Source: Octopus sinensis (taxonomy: Eukaryota). From it: a stretch of 64,000 nucleotides of DNA. Of this stretch, positions 28,720 to 43,056 are shown one piece after another. Location of the stretch: positions 75,888,001 to 75,952,000 of the forward strand of contig NC_043006.1 in the NCBI RefSeq assembly GCF_006345805.1. Reading direction: 5' to 3'. A program made the translations under genes and the position numbers. Every line of letters starts with the position of its first letter. Position 1 is the first letter of the stretch. Under the pieces are notes generated by a model, which was given only the letters and a program-made list of their open reading frames with translations, made no database searches and was not told the DNA's origin.

Positions 28720-30340
28720 ATTGCCAGCATTAAAAGGTAGCAACAGAAGGAAGCTGCTAAATATGGCTAAGTAAGTAGATTTTGTTATCAGTAGGTTAGA
28801 TACTTAAAATATAGGAACCATTAACTTACTGATCTATGCGGGAGGGGTAGCAGTTACTAGACGGTTAGATAATCCTTAAAGAACGATTGAAAAAGTGCAA
28901 ATGTGGATAAAGAGGTTACAAAATAAAGTGAAAGCTTTAACACAATATGTGAGTAGAACAGAAGCCTAGAAACTGAACAAGTTAGGAAACAAAAGATGCA
29001 AATCCTCTCTTGACAAAGAAAACGGATTTTGGACAGTAATACAAGAGTTGAAACAGCGTATCGTATAAGTAGCAGGGTAAGCTCTCCAGATATCAGACAA
29101 GGCTAGAATAGTATCAAGAGAATAGATTATTTGAGACAGACCAGGGGTGATTTTATAACCAAATAAATAGTGAAGAACGAAGTACTGAAAATGAGAAGCC
29201 TAATATAGAAGAAGCTAGAAAGTTCTGGGATAAGCCAGTCACTCATAATGAAGATGCAGTATGGTTAAAGAAAGTGAGGGAAGAAGTAGAGAGTGAAAAA
29301 CAGCCAGATCTAAGACCAGGTGACACTGTCTTAGAGTTAATATAAAGAGAGGAATTTTCAAGGGGACTCGTTATCTCCTTTCATATTTGTTTTATGTTTG
29401 ATCCCCCTCACTTTAGCATTAAAATGCAGAGCCAGGATATCAGTTCAGAAATAGTAAGAGAAAAATTAACCATTTACTCTACAAGGGTGACCTGAAGCTT
29501 TTTAGTAAGAATGAAAAGGAGATAGCTTCATTAATACAGGCTGCAAGATTCTTCAGCAAAGAAACAGGCACGGAATTTGACATAGATAAGTGTGCAAAAT
29601 TAGTCATGGGAAGGGGTCAGTTAGTCAATAGCGAAGGCATCCAATTACCGTATGACTAAGCACTAAAATCATTGAAAAGAGCAAAGAGTTATAAGTATAT
29701 GGGAGTATTAGAATCCAACAGAGTACTAACTATAGAAATGAAAACAAAAATTGAGAAGGAGTACATTAGAAGGGTGAGGAAGCTAATGAAGTCCCTGGTA
29801 AATGGTCAAAATCTAGTGAAGACTGTAAATACTTGGGCGGTATAATTACTTAGATATTCGACAGCTTTTGTAGATTCAGCAAAAACGGAATTAGCACAGC
29901 CCATACAGAAGAACTAGGAAGGGATTCAATATGAATGGAAGACTCCACCCAAAGCAGGAGTAGCAATATTATACTTACCTAAAAAGGAAGGCAGAAGACA
30001 GTTAGTATCAGTAGAAGACTGAGTGAAGTTAGCTAGAGAGATACAGACTCTTATGTACGTAATAGTGAAGAAAGCTTACTAAGAGCTATTACAGTCATAG
30101 CAAGACGTATGGAAGCCAAAAACTCAAACAAAGTTAAAACCAGAAAAAGGAACAAAAGTTATCTTATTGGCAGGAGAAGACATTGCATGGAATATTTCCA
30201 AATATAGTTGCAGCAAATAGTAGTGGTGAGGCATGGTTATAGTTGTAGAAATGAAGGCTGAAAATGGAGATAGACAGTTTCTTAAATGTAGCATAAGATC
30301 AAGCATTAAGGGCTAATTAAATTAAAAAATACAAGACAAT
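28720..30340 (+). mobile_element. R4/Dong-clade non-LTR retrotransposon, internally deleted
   Basis: QGDSLSPFIFVLCLIPL; INHLLYKGDLKLFSKNEKE; WQEKTLHGIF...DQALRAN; preceded by (AAT)n tracts. Confidence 0.85.
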
Positions 30341-30344
30341 CAAT

Positions 30345-30715
30345 GGACAACTTCCAGTTCACGTGTATAAGGAGAATATTCGACGTCAAATGGCTGCAAA
30401 TAGTGCGAAACGACACAAATGAGACGACAACAAGCATCAACAGGATCAATGATGAAATAAGATGCAGACGCTGGGACTGAATCAGATATGTCCTCAGACA
30501 CGTTAAAAAAAACATTGTATAGTGGCACCATAATGGCAGCATGAAGGGAAAAATGCAGTTGGGTGCCCTGAAACCAAATGGCTAAAAAACCATTAACAAG
30601 GAAAGGAGGTGAGAAGGATAGAGATACTGGAGCGAGATAACAACAGTGGTAGAAAACAGAGCTGATTGAGTGATACTGTAGCAACCATATGTACTTCATG
30701 GCACGGAGCGAAGAA
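30345..30715 (+). mobile_element. RTE-clade LINE 3' end
   Basis: DNFQFTCIRRIFDVKWLQIVRND...EIRCRRWD*IRYVLRH...ENRADW-like...ATICTSWHG. Confidence 0.7.
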
Positions 30716-31518
30716 AATGGAATCCCTATAGAGAAAATGTTCTGGTCCCTCTAAACATTTCTTGACGTTATACAAGTTATACAAAACGTGTGGTTAAAAT
30801 GAGGCTTGTTTGTTGTAGATCGGAAGACTTATTAGCAGCCAGCCAGAGATAAATAGTTTCACGCGACTATAAAGAAAAAAAATCTATATGGCTTCGTTTC
30901 ATACAACACCGATTGAAAAAGAAAAATCGTAATGAAACTAAGAGCACAATTCTTATTTGCCAAGCTTTCCTTCTTAAATAGGTTACGAGCAAGTAATTTT
31001 ACGAACAAATAATATCGAATCTATTTAACCGGTCAATTCAAGTTGATTAATTTCCGTCTATTCATTTTCATTAGCAGTTATATAGTGGTAATATCGTCCG
31101 GAATTTGATTAGCAGATTCAGGCATAATACTCAAGGAGACATAATGAATTGGACGAATATTAATAGATAATAATTCATTTACATTTAAGTTCTTGATCTT
31201 TCCTCTCATAAAACCTTTGGCATATAGAGATAATTTTGATATTGTATTGGGAAACTGAAGTCACACAACATAACATCATTCTTAATTGAAATTCGCAATA
31301 GTTTTTTTCCGCGTTATGCTAGCGATATGAAAAAAATGCATACATCTTGTACTGTAATGACAATGAATATGTATGTGTAGGTATGTGTGAGTATTCGTGT
31401 GTGTATGTGTGTGTTGTGCGTATGTGTATGTATATAAGTATTTGTATACATACACACGAATATATGCGTGTATACAAATGAATATATGTATACATACGCA
31501 TATACATACATACACACG

Positions 31519-31555
<37 letters not shown>

Positions 31556-32574
31556 GTATATGTACATACTCACCTATATATGTGCATGATCTTTCTGTGC
31601 ATATATACGTACATAAACATAATTATACTCAGACAAATACGCCCTTATAAATGAAACCTCCCCAATACTAAATAGAAATATACATGGTAGATATCATACC
31701 CCCATACCCACAGTTTACACAGGTAGAGTAGAATATTTAGTGGACTGTTATGTAGATAGATGTATGTATGTGTGTGCGGGTGGGTGTGTATGTATATATG
31801 TTTATATGCACATGTAAGCATATGGATATGAAAATAAACAGATCAACATACAAACGTGTAGGTACGTAAGTTATATGAACAGACAAGCACACATACGCAA
31901 ATGGAGACTGGAACGCATGACCATATACACACACACTTTACTTCACACAAGGACACATATGGAGACATGTGTCCACACATATGGAGATGTACATTCATAC
32001 ATATGGAGATGCACATCCATACATACAAACACGGTGCATAGTTGCAAAACACACACACGCGCACACAACGACATGCACACACAGGGAGACAGAGGTGCAT
32101 ACATATACAAATAAACGCACACACACACACATACATAAAAATACACACGGACATGCAAGCACATGATTATGCAGAATACATACATTCAGATGCTCACACA
32201 TACATACATATGCATACACACACTTATATACACATGCATACATACATACACACATGCATGCATAGGCACACACATGCGCACAATCAAAAAGGAACGTAGT
32301 ATAAATAACGGACAGAGCCAAGACTATTGAAAAGGTTGCAAAACGCAACGAAAATTTTAGGAAAATAAAAATAAGTGGATATTTTACCGATGAGTATGTT
32401 ACATTATAAGGCACAAAAAGATAATGACTCTCCCCAGACACAACAGAATATGCTTCAACACACGAACTCACATAAATAATCTTGCAAACCAAATCCAAAA
32501 GCAAAGTATATATCTATCTATCAATATATCTATCTATCTATCTATCTATCTATCTGCCTGTCTGTCTATCTATA

Positions 32575-32616
<42 letters not shown>

Positions 32617-32660
32617 TAATAATAGTGTCAAGTATTATTACGAAGTAACATTAGCCTGAT

Positions 32661-32718
<58 letters not shown>

Positions 32719-33079
32719 TATATGTATGTATATGTTTGTAATTATATATAGTGTTAGTTTATGTGTCAGTGTCAATCTCACTGTCTCTTCCACTATCTCT
32801 CTCCCTCTCTCTTTACCACTCTCTTTCACTCTCACTCCCTTTACCGCTCTCTTTCTTTCTCTCTTTGCCACTCTCTTTCACTCTCTCTCTCTCTTTCTCT
32901 TTCTCATCCTGTGTGTTCCACACATGTATAAAACTACAAAGTAATTGATATACCATAAAAAATACAGAAATGCATCGTATGCATGTGAATATATGTCTGT
33001 TTCTTTGTATTTCTGTTCAAATACAAAAATGTGAATATATATACATACATACAAACACATATATATGTATATATGTGTG

Positions 33080-33120
<41 letters not shown>

Positions 33121-33192
33121 TATATATGTGTGTGTGTATATATATATATATACATATATATATATGTATATATATATGTATATATATATATA

Positions 33193-33275
<83 letters not shown>

Positions 33276-33731
33276 ATAATATATATATACATATATATAT
33301 ATGTATATACATATATATATATATGTATATACATATATATGTGTATATATGTGTGTATATATATGTGTGTATATATATATGTGTGTGTATATATATATAC
33401 ATATATATATATGTATATACATATATATGTGTATATATATATATGTATATATATATATGTGTATATATATATACATATATATATATGTATATACATATAT
33501 ATGTGTATATATATATGTATATATATATATATGTGTGTATATATATATATAACATATATATATATATATGTATATACATATATATGTGTATATATATATG
33601 TGTATGTATATATATATATATATTATATATGTATGTATATATCTATATATATCTATCTATATATATATATATATATATATATATTATCTATATATATATA
33701 TATAATATATATATGTATGTATATATATCTA

Positions 33732-33780
<49 letters not shown>

Positions 33781-34497
33781 AGATACATAGTTAGACATGT
33801 GTGTGTGCGTCTATGTTGAAGATGTGCAACATCAAACGCTCTAAATGAAAAAATATTCACGAATATTCATAGAGCAAGTTAGTTATGAAATGCATTGATA
33901 AGAAAAAAAAAGAAGCTATGTGTCTGTTTGTTGATAAGTAATACAGTATTAATATTGTTTGGCTTATAATTACGAGAAAATAAAGAAAACACATTATAAA
34001 ATATAGTAAACAAAAACTATGTTCATAATCTCATCAAGTGTTACTACTGTGTGGTCAACAGCTGTAGATTGTAGATAACAATCTATGCAGTGTTCAAAAT
34101 AGCTCTGCAAAGAGTGTCATTCATGGAGACATTGGATATTTATTGCTAGTTTTTAACCGATGTATTTGCATAATTATATAAATTAAAGGCGCTCAAGTCT
34201 GAGCGAACAACTCATCGCATCTGCGTCCATACACCTTATTCAGATGTGAATATTTTTGCGAGAAGTTTTGAATACTTTTTGTGGGTGTTGCGTAATGATG
34301 CAATATGATTTAATGAACCTAATTCAATTTTATAATATATAAATAGAAAATTTGTATACAAATAAATATACGACTGCAACAGTTATGCTTAGCGCTGCAT
34401 TTATATATAATCCAGCCTACTTCCTGTCTTATTGTTATCTAACTTTTCTACTGTGTAGTGTTACTAGTTATGAGCCAAATAGTAAGTGAATATATCA

Positions 34498-34800
34498 CCG
34501 TGACCGACCTGGCTATCAGATGTTGCTACACATCGCTGGTCACAATGCGCTTCGCATTGTTTTAACCTTCAAATGACGCCACTCCGCTGGCTAAGTGATC
34601 AGGCCAACAGAAGAAAGAGCGAGAGAAGGTTGTGGCGAAAGAGTACAGCAGGGATCGTCACCAGCCCCCTGCCGGAGCCTCATGGAGCTTTTAGGTGTTT
34701 TCGCTCAATAAACACTCACAGCGTCCTGTCTGGGAATTGAAACCTCAATCCTACGACCGCAAGTTCGCTGCCCTAACCACTGGGCCATTGCGTCTCCACA
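34498..34800 (-). mobile_element. tRNA-derived SINE (family A head, different tail)
   Basis: Head TGTGGAGACGCAATGGCCCAGTGGTTAGGGCAGCG...GGTTTCAATTCCC; body matches family A. Confidence 0.8.
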
Positions 34801-34806
34801 AGTGAA

Positions 34807-34860
<54 letters not shown>

Positions 34861-34861
34861 A

Positions 34862-34893
<32 letters not shown>

Positions 34894-34900
34894 TTATCTA

Positions 34901-34964
<64 letters not shown>

Positions 34965-35394
34965 GTGTGTGTGTGTGCATAAGGTTACCACTGGCTTCAT
35001 GCTAAGCCAAATGTCTTAATATCTTGATTGTCAAGCCGATCACTAGAGGAATGGTGTTTGTCTCCATTTTGGAAACGAGCACCATTCCTCCATGTAATCG
35101 GCTTGAATAATTGTTAAGATATTAAGACATTTTTCTTAACATGAAACAATGGTAGCCTTCATATATAAATAAAAGAATTCTACCCACCAATGTGGTGTTG
35201 AGGAATCATTTTAATCGTTCGACATTTACGTATATATATATATATTATATATATATATATATAATTTCAACAATTGAGGGCAAAATTAATTAATTATTAA
35301 TCAATTTCACCAAGTATTCAGTATGTAAAGGGACCATTATAGGCGAATTATTTTACTAAGCCCTTATATATAATTTTATATATATATATATATA

Positions 35395-35885
35395 TCACAT
35401 CAAAGGGAAATGGGATTTAATTAAAATAAAAAAAATATTCAATTAAAATTTACATTTCCAGTGGTCTAACGTGTAAAAAAAATTTGTCATAATGACTATA
35501 TATTATTCATACAATATAGTGTATATTTAAACACATAAGGAATCCACTTATAGGGATTCTACACGCTAGATAGAACAGCTAGGTTTTATAACCACAACAA
35601 TTGAGGATAAAATTCGACAGGAATATATTTGGAAATGAAAAACATTTACCATCTAGTTTCCTGGACCAATTGGTTTCTAATCTTCTTTTAGCGAGTCAAG
35701 GAGAACGCACAAGGTCTGATTTACCTCAGCAGGTCCAACATAGGGTTAAACATATCTATAAGAGACAATCAAGACTACTTGTCTCGTGTTTATACGAACT
35801 AAATTTTCAAATTTTACTGCGCAGACGCAGTCCTTCGGTGGCTGCGATTAAAACCGCCAACTTTTAACCGAAAATTATCCCAAAA
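35395..35885 (-). mobile_element. Diverged member of the hammerhead retrozyme-like family
   Basis: Collinear with the 53k and 57k elements; motif CCTG CTGAGG TAAATC...GATTA GAAA CCAATTGG TC CAGG at 35733-35660 (core A9 missing). Confidence 0.65.
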
Positions 35886-36130
35886 CTTACAGTATTTAAT
35901 CATATCATTCCCTTTGTTTTTACTTCTATTCTCTTATTTCCCTGTATACTTCTTATTTCCATTCTTTTCCAAACTAACTCCTTATATTGAACTCTACTAT
36001 TTTTCATTATTTAACCACCTCACATCGTCTCTGACGAAGATGTATCCCTAATATTCCAGAAACAGCCGCAGGAGTAACTTTCTCTCTATAAATCTCCTGA
36101 AAATTCCACACGCCCTTGGCTTTGTGTCTC

Positions 36131-36195
<65 letters not shown>

Positions 36196-36257
36196 TATAT
36201 ATATGAGAAGCACTTGCATAGCAAGTGATCTGATCTGAGATCGCGTGCTGGAACGAA

Positions 36258-36413
36258 AACAATTGCAGCGTGGAAGGTGTTTATAAGCCATTTAAGAAAC
36301 ACACAAAAACCGTTAGATTCACTTCAACATTTAAATTTAATTTGTCAAAATATTTTCGTCGCTTTGTGACCGTGACCTGTTCACTGACGGAATTTTGTCA
36401 CGCTGCAATTGTT
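36258..36413. repeat. Repeat with perfect 15-bp inverted termini (AACAATTGCAGCGTG)
   Basis: 36258-36272 is the exact reverse complement of 36399-36413. Confidence 0.6.
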
Positions 36414-36418
36414 ACTGT

Positions 36419-36449
<31 letters not shown>

Positions 36450-36460
36450 GTACATACACA

Positions 36461-36590
36461 CGCGAAGGCGTGCTGAAAAGGTCTTGGCCTTGGGGAAAGG
36501 AAAATACAGGAAGATCAGTTAATTACGATTTTATTCAACATATAACCCCTCTCAGATTCACACATCTATGTGTAAACTCTGTAAAAGAAC
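36461..36590 (+). mobile_element. Mariner-like 5' end fragment
   Basis: CGAAGGCGTGCTGAAAAGGTCTTGGC resembles recalled mariner TIRs. Confidence 0.35.
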
Positions 36591-36658
36591 TTGGATGGTT
36601 GAGCCTCCAGCATGGCCTTTCGCAACACCCTTAAAGTATACATACATACATGCATATA

Positions 36659-36693
<35 letters not shown>

Positions 36694-36695
<2 letters not shown>

Positions 36696-37098
36696 TCTTT
36701 TACTCTTTTACTTCTTTCAGTCTTTTGAATGCGGTCATGCTGGAGCACCACCTTTAATCGAGCAACTCGACCCCGGGACTTATTCTTTTGTAAGCCCAGT
36801 ACTTATTCTATCGGTCTCTTTTGCCGAACCACTAAGTAACGGGGACATAAACACTCCAGCATCGGTTGTCAAGCAATGCTAGGGGGACAAACACAGACAC
36901 ACAAACACACACACCCATATATATATATATATACATATATACGACGGGCTCCTTTCAGTTTCCGTCTACCAAATCCACTCACAAGACTTTGGTCGGCCCG
37001 AGGCTATAGTAGAAGACACTTGCCCAATGTGCCACGCAGTGGGACTGAACCCGGGACAATGTGGTTGGTAAACAAGCTACTTACCACACAGCCACTCC
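36694..37098 (-). mobile_element. tRNA-derived SINE (family B), full length
   Basis: Head GGAGTGGCTGTGTGGTAAG...GGGTTCAGTCCC, internal (TG/TA)n, tail ...GAAGTAAAAGAGTAAAAGAGTA; homologous to 55974-56376. Confidence 0.9.
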
Positions 37099-37162
37099 TA
37101 TATATATATATATATATATATAATATTATATATATATATAATATATATATATATATACACAC

Positions 37163-37293
37163 AAATAAATGAAAGAATGGAGTTGAACGACGAATTAAAA
37201 AAATACTTTATTCCCGACATATGTTTCGAAACATATGTCGAGAATGAAGGGATTTTGTTAATTCGACGTTCAACTCCATTCTTTCATTTATTT
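37163..37293. repeat. Loopless ~130-bp diverged palindrome centred on TTCGAA
   Basis: Two head-to-head copies of TTCGAAACATATGTCG...TTCAACTCCATTCTTTCATTTATTT. Confidence 0.9.
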
Positions 37294-37439
37294 GTATTTA
37301 AAAAAACACACAAATTTCCACACGAAAGCACTTGATCACTGCCCTTGGCATGTAGCTTCAACCGTGTTTTTCTGACGTGAATTTGCTACCCAGGTATCGG
37401 TTAACCGAATTATCCATAATAAGATAATTCCTTCAACTA

Positions 37440-37490
<51 letters not shown>

Positions 37491-38585
37491 TCGATTATAA
37501 TTGAAAAGTCAAGACTACTTTTCTCTGCCCTCAATCATAATTGCGTGTGTATATATATATATGTATGTATGTGCGATTGTGTGATTCTGTGTGTATGTAG
37601 GTGTTTGTAAATATGAACTAATACTACCTAACTTAATATGTTGGCATGATCAACAATTGATATCATGGACAACAACGTTTTTCCTATGAATGTATGAAGA
37701 AGATACCGAAACAGCTGTCGTACATTTTAAGCCCCATCTTTGTTTTGTCTCTCTCTATGTGTTTGTGTGTGTATGCGTGTGCGTGATTGTGTGTGTATTT
37801 GTTAGTGTGCATGTATGTATGTGTGTCTGCCAATATGTGAAATTGTGTCTAATTGAGGGAGAGAGAGAGAGAGAGAAAGATAGAAAGAAAGAGAGGTGGG
37901 AGCTAGGATGGTGAAGAATATTTAAAGGATGGAAACTGAAAAGCTTATAAAGTAAAGGCAGAATTGAGGAATAACAGAATGGGTAAGATGCAGCAATATT
38001 TTCTTGCATCTAATCGTTCATTTGATGCAATATTATATAAACTTTAATCAGAATGTTTGGAATTTAAGTAACATCATAAATCATTACCTCAATAACTACG
38101 ACTGCTGTCTATTGTTGCGCAATAACGTTTGAGTAAGCGTTCTGTTGAACCTTTATACATTAATAACGGCATCTCAAGATAAAGTTCAAATCACTTTGTG
38201 GTCCTTCGATTTGCTTGAAATAGCAACTGAATCTCATTGAACTCTTATTCTACCGACTTAAAATTTAGAACTCCGTCATTGAATAATCTATTATAGTAAG
38301 AACGTGATCATGTTTACAAATACAAACATTGAACAAACGTCTGTTTACAGAAGACTAGCTGCGGATAATGCAATTTTGAAAGAGTGTTATTTATAAAAAT
38401 TGTCACTTATTTGGCATATAAAACACACATATCGTAATGTGTGAAGTAGAATACTTTTACTCATATAAGTTTACTATTTCAAAGCAAGTTTTTGAGAAGT
38501 ATACATTGCGAGTATAAGTTATCTTCGAGTCAAGCTCTGATGCACAGTTTCTTTGGCAATTTGTCTTTATGGTCACATTTCATAC

Positions 38586-38651
38586 CCTGTGCGGCGGTGG
38601 TTTTTAACACTCTACGTCTTGAAAGGACTTTCACTAGACGGAGTACTGCAG
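38586..38651 (-). CDS. Putative 66-nt internal coding exon (phase 1-1)
   Basis: Long pyrimidine tract gttttctttttttttttatatatttttcag|, donor CAGG|gtatga; only one frame is open (AVLRLVKVLSRRRVLKTTAAQ). Confidence 0.35.
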
Positions 38652-39050
38652 CTGAAAAATATATAAAAAAAAAAAGAAAACATACGTTATGTGAGGTCAA
38701 TAATGTTGCATTAGGAAAGAACCTTCAAACTCAAGATAGAATTTTGTTTTACTTATAAGGTGCCGTTGCACATCACCGAAAAGTCTTTGCAGTATGTATA
38801 TGGTTCAGATCAGCGATTTGAATTAGTTTCGAGTGTGACTCAAGCATAGCGGGAAGGTGAGCTATGGTATGCGACATCCATTTTCTACAAACATACATAC
38901 ATACATATATATACACACATACATAATCTATATATATGTGTGTCTGTGTGTGTAATATGTTGGAATGTAATATTCTGTGGAATGATAATAATAATAATAA
39001 TAACAACAACAATAATAATAATAATAATAACAATAATGATAATAATAATA

Positions 39051-39110
<60 letters not shown>

Positions 39111-40607
39111 AGTTTGATTATTTTCTTTGAAATTAGACATTTATACATATTCATGCTTGCACAATACTGTATTTTATATATTATCTGAATGCCATTTCTA
39201 TCATATGAAATATCATGATGTCATGTGAAAATATCATAAGTTGGAAAGAAAATAAATATTCTGTGCTTGATTGCCAGATTTCTACAAACGATAAAACACA
39301 CGAACACGAACATAGTGAATCAGTTCACACTAGCATAATACTTAATATATCGAGACGTCATATTTTATATATAGTGATCTATGAATTTTGTGTGATGTTA
39401 TTTCACCACAGGCCTCCTTTGATCGAACAGACAATTGATCTATGGCAATTCTTGTAATGTCATAGCATCATAATTTGATAGTGCATCTAGGACAATACTA
39501 TGTATCATCCTCAATTTTTATTTAAAAAAAAAAGAACCGTGATTTGGCGGAAATTTCATGCGTGATGGGCAAATATATAGAGGAGACACTGTTGACGTTT
39601 TCTTAAGAGCGGCGCATGTGTATGAGACATGGCTCATTGTTTCGTTGGTTACGATATGCATATTGTAGCCACAGGAAATCTACAGTCTGCTGTCACTTCT
39701 GTACGAGTATGTTTAGGTAATAAATTTACATTAAATGGCTTAAGAGCCATTGTAGAAGTGACACAGCAGAACGTCTAGAATACGTCCCCTTGAGGGAGCA
39801 TTAGGGTTGCATCTGTACCCAGCTGATGCTTATTAGAGCTGAACAGATTAAATTGATGTGAAATAATACATCTTGTTCATTGCAAGAACTGAACAAACAA
39901 CCTCTTTGGCTACAAGCGTAACATCCGAGCATTGAGTTCAGACGATATCACCAGCTTCAGTTGATATGTAAATTTATATAAAATGGACGCTAGTACTTTG
40001 ATAAATTGAAACTTCATAATTTGTGATAATATCAGATGTACATATATTGAAGCACTAAAATGTCAAGACAGACAACAATAGATATTGATTCAATTTATAA
40101 TATAATGAATATCGGAAGCTGTGGGAGAGAGCCTCAACTTAGTAACAGAATGATCATTTCCAACATGTCTCTACCTTATTAAATGCCAGTAACAAAGTAT
40201 ATTTTCACCGTTATTTGCAATGGCAAAAGTGAAATTAAGGTTCGTTTACTATAGCAACATCGAAATGGCGTCACCACTTTCAGGAATGTCTAAAGAAAAA
40301 ATCACCGTTTGAAAAACATATTTAAGTTGGTGCGTAATGTGAAAGAGTTTTAATGGATTACATTACACCTTTAGGGGTAGAGCAATCACTGTGTAAATGA
40401 CTATTTCTCGTCAGAAAATACAAGGAAGGCAGATGCGAAATCTTAATTAACTTAAATAAATTAAAGTAGCGAGGTGGGAGAATCGGCAAAATGCTATGCA
40501 CCATTCCTTCCGCTTCTTTACAATTAGAATTAACATTCTGGGAGGTTAAATTTAACTTTCATTCTTTCAGGGTCGCTGAAATAAGCACCACTTGAGCATT
40601 GGGGTTC

Positions 40608-41018
40608 GGATCTTTTCGGTTTGAACGGCAGTTTTTAACATGATTTCTAGGTAACTAAAACATTTTAAACTTCGTATACTGGTAAAATGTATTTATAAAA
40701 CATCTTTTTCTCTTGGCTTTATTGAGAAAATTCTATAGTTTGTAACATATTTGTTGTTTCTTTTTCTTCAATGACTGCAATTTCAACCAATCACTGACGT
40801 GTATTGAGGTAAAAAGCATTCTGTGCTGTATGAATATGTCCCTCGTTTAAGAAACAGATTGAGTTTATTTACATTTGTGAAGAAAAAAAAATACCCTTCC
40901 CCCACCCCTAACCCTAAAACATATTGAAATGCAATAGATCGATACTAGGGTCATAATTATGAGTGGCAATATCATATGACACCGCTAGAAAATATTGCCG
41001 TTCGAACCGAAAAGATCC
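40608..41018. mobile_element. MITE with ~25-bp TIRs and 8-bp target duplication, nested in a SINE
   Basis: GGATCTTTTCGGTTTGAACGGCAGT...ATTGCCGTTCGAACCGAAAAGATCC; flanks TGGGGTTC / TTGGGTTC. Confidence 0.75.
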
Positions 41019-43007
41019 TTGGGTTCTTCTAATCGACTACACCCCAATATCCCTAATATTCAAGGCCTTGAACCAATACTAATTTAATTAAGTTCAAAAT
41101 GGAATGCAATTGTTTGCGAACATCTAGATTCATATCAATTAGCGAACAACGTTTCGCGAAGCAGTTGGCTTCATATTTTTGACATTCGACTCACGTTTAT
41201 GTAGGTTCGATTCCCGAACTGGTTGTCGCGTTTTGTTATTGCCTAAAGTTCTTCATGTCCCGTTCCTCATGTTTGTTCAAGGAAGATGAATACCAGCCGA
41301 GTTCTGGTGCAGAACACTATTTAACGGTCATATCTTGGATGTTCTGCTTGGTTAAGTTCGGTAGGGGAGAGAAGCAAATAGACTGTGTTTTTTCACATTT
41401 ACACATGAATCTAAAACAATAAGTGAAAATATGGTAACTGCGTCAATACCACATGCAGGGGCACAACAACAAAAACAACCACTACTACTACCATCACCTC
41501 CACCACACTACCACTACCAGCATCACCAACACCATCACTGTTATTACTATTACTTCTACTGTTGCTGCTGCTGCTGTGATTACTACTACTACTACTACTA
41601 CTACTACTACAAGTACTACTACTACTACTACTACTACTACTATTACTACTACCACCACGTCTCGACCAACACCAAATCTAGCTCCAGATAGTACAACCCG
41701 TACTTCGAATCCCGGCTGGTTGGGATTGGTTGTTCAACCATGTCGGAGGTCATCATCAATAGTGTTGGCAGTGGTGGCTGTAGTTGTGGTCGTGGTGATG
41801 GTAATTGTGGTAGTGTTGTTGGTAGTCGTAGTAGTGGTAGTGCTATAGGAGAAAGTGGTGTTAGAGGTGATAGTATTACAAGTGTTAGTTGTGTTAGTAG
41901 TGGTGGTGGCGGTGGTGTATTATTATACCATGTAATGGACCTTCAATACAAATGAAACCTTCAGCTTCAAGCAGTGTTTCATAAACAAATCAAACTAAAT
42001 GTGTGTGATATTTAGATTATCCCCATTGTTTCTAATCATCGACGCAAGCGACAAAAGCTCACTTGGTTTACTCAGCACTTCCATAGCGTGATCTACGAAC
42101 TTGATATTCTTAATATATAGTACATGTTCGATTGCGGCTGCTTATATAACTTGTTTGGTTCACGTAACTTAAACATTGTATTAACTAAATATACATATGA
42201 TAGATATATTTCTTCGTGGTGGCGGTGGTCGTGTTTGAGATGATGTTGCTAATGTAGATCCTATAACCTAATGGATCCTCTATAGTATTGAAGAATTCAG
42301 TTTCACGCTGTATCCCCTATCCTGGTGTTTAGCATTTCTCTACAAATTTATCTTCACGGTAAGATTGAAAAACATCCTCTTAACTTAGATAAGCGATCGT
42401 GAAATACATAATGCTTTCATCGTTTATATCTGCAAACTCCGTCTGTTATTTATTTACAACTAGGTAGGTGATCTTCCCATCTGTTAGATTGAAGTGCCTT
42501 GGCCTGTGACTTAGATCATTATAGCTGACAGGATACATCTTCGATTATTTCGGTCGATAGCCAGGCAACGTTCCGATTTTCCGGTTATAATATTTACCGA
42601 GATTCATTGGCATACTTTAATCTCATAAAAATAATCATTCTACTTCAGTAGGTATATATATATATATAACAGTTGTTGCTTGGTTTTACATCTACAATGT
42701 TTTGTTTGCAGAATATATAAAGCTGATATAAAACTACTGCTGTTACTATTACTGTAGCTTTTGTTAAATTCAAACTTACCTATCTTTCATCTTTTTTATC
42801 TTTTACTTGTTTCAGTCACTGGACTGCGGCTATGCTCGGGCACCATCTTGCAGAGTTTTAGTCGCATAAAGCGATCCCAATATTAATTTATTTTGAAGCA
42901 TTACACTTATTTTATCTGTTTCGTTTCCCAGAGCGATTGGTCTGACAAACTCAACTTCGTATGTTCAAACAAAATATTGTTTCATGATGTGTGTGTGTAT
43001 ATATATA

Positions 43008-43056
<49 letters not shown>

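Noticed and set aside
34700-34800. tRNA genes at SINE heads (also 16.0k, 37.0k, 56.3k)
   Set aside because: A- and B-boxes are present but there is no complete cloverleaf; each continues into a repeat body.
40900-40918. Telomere-like CCCTAACCCTAA
   Set aside because: Only two units, internal to a MITE.
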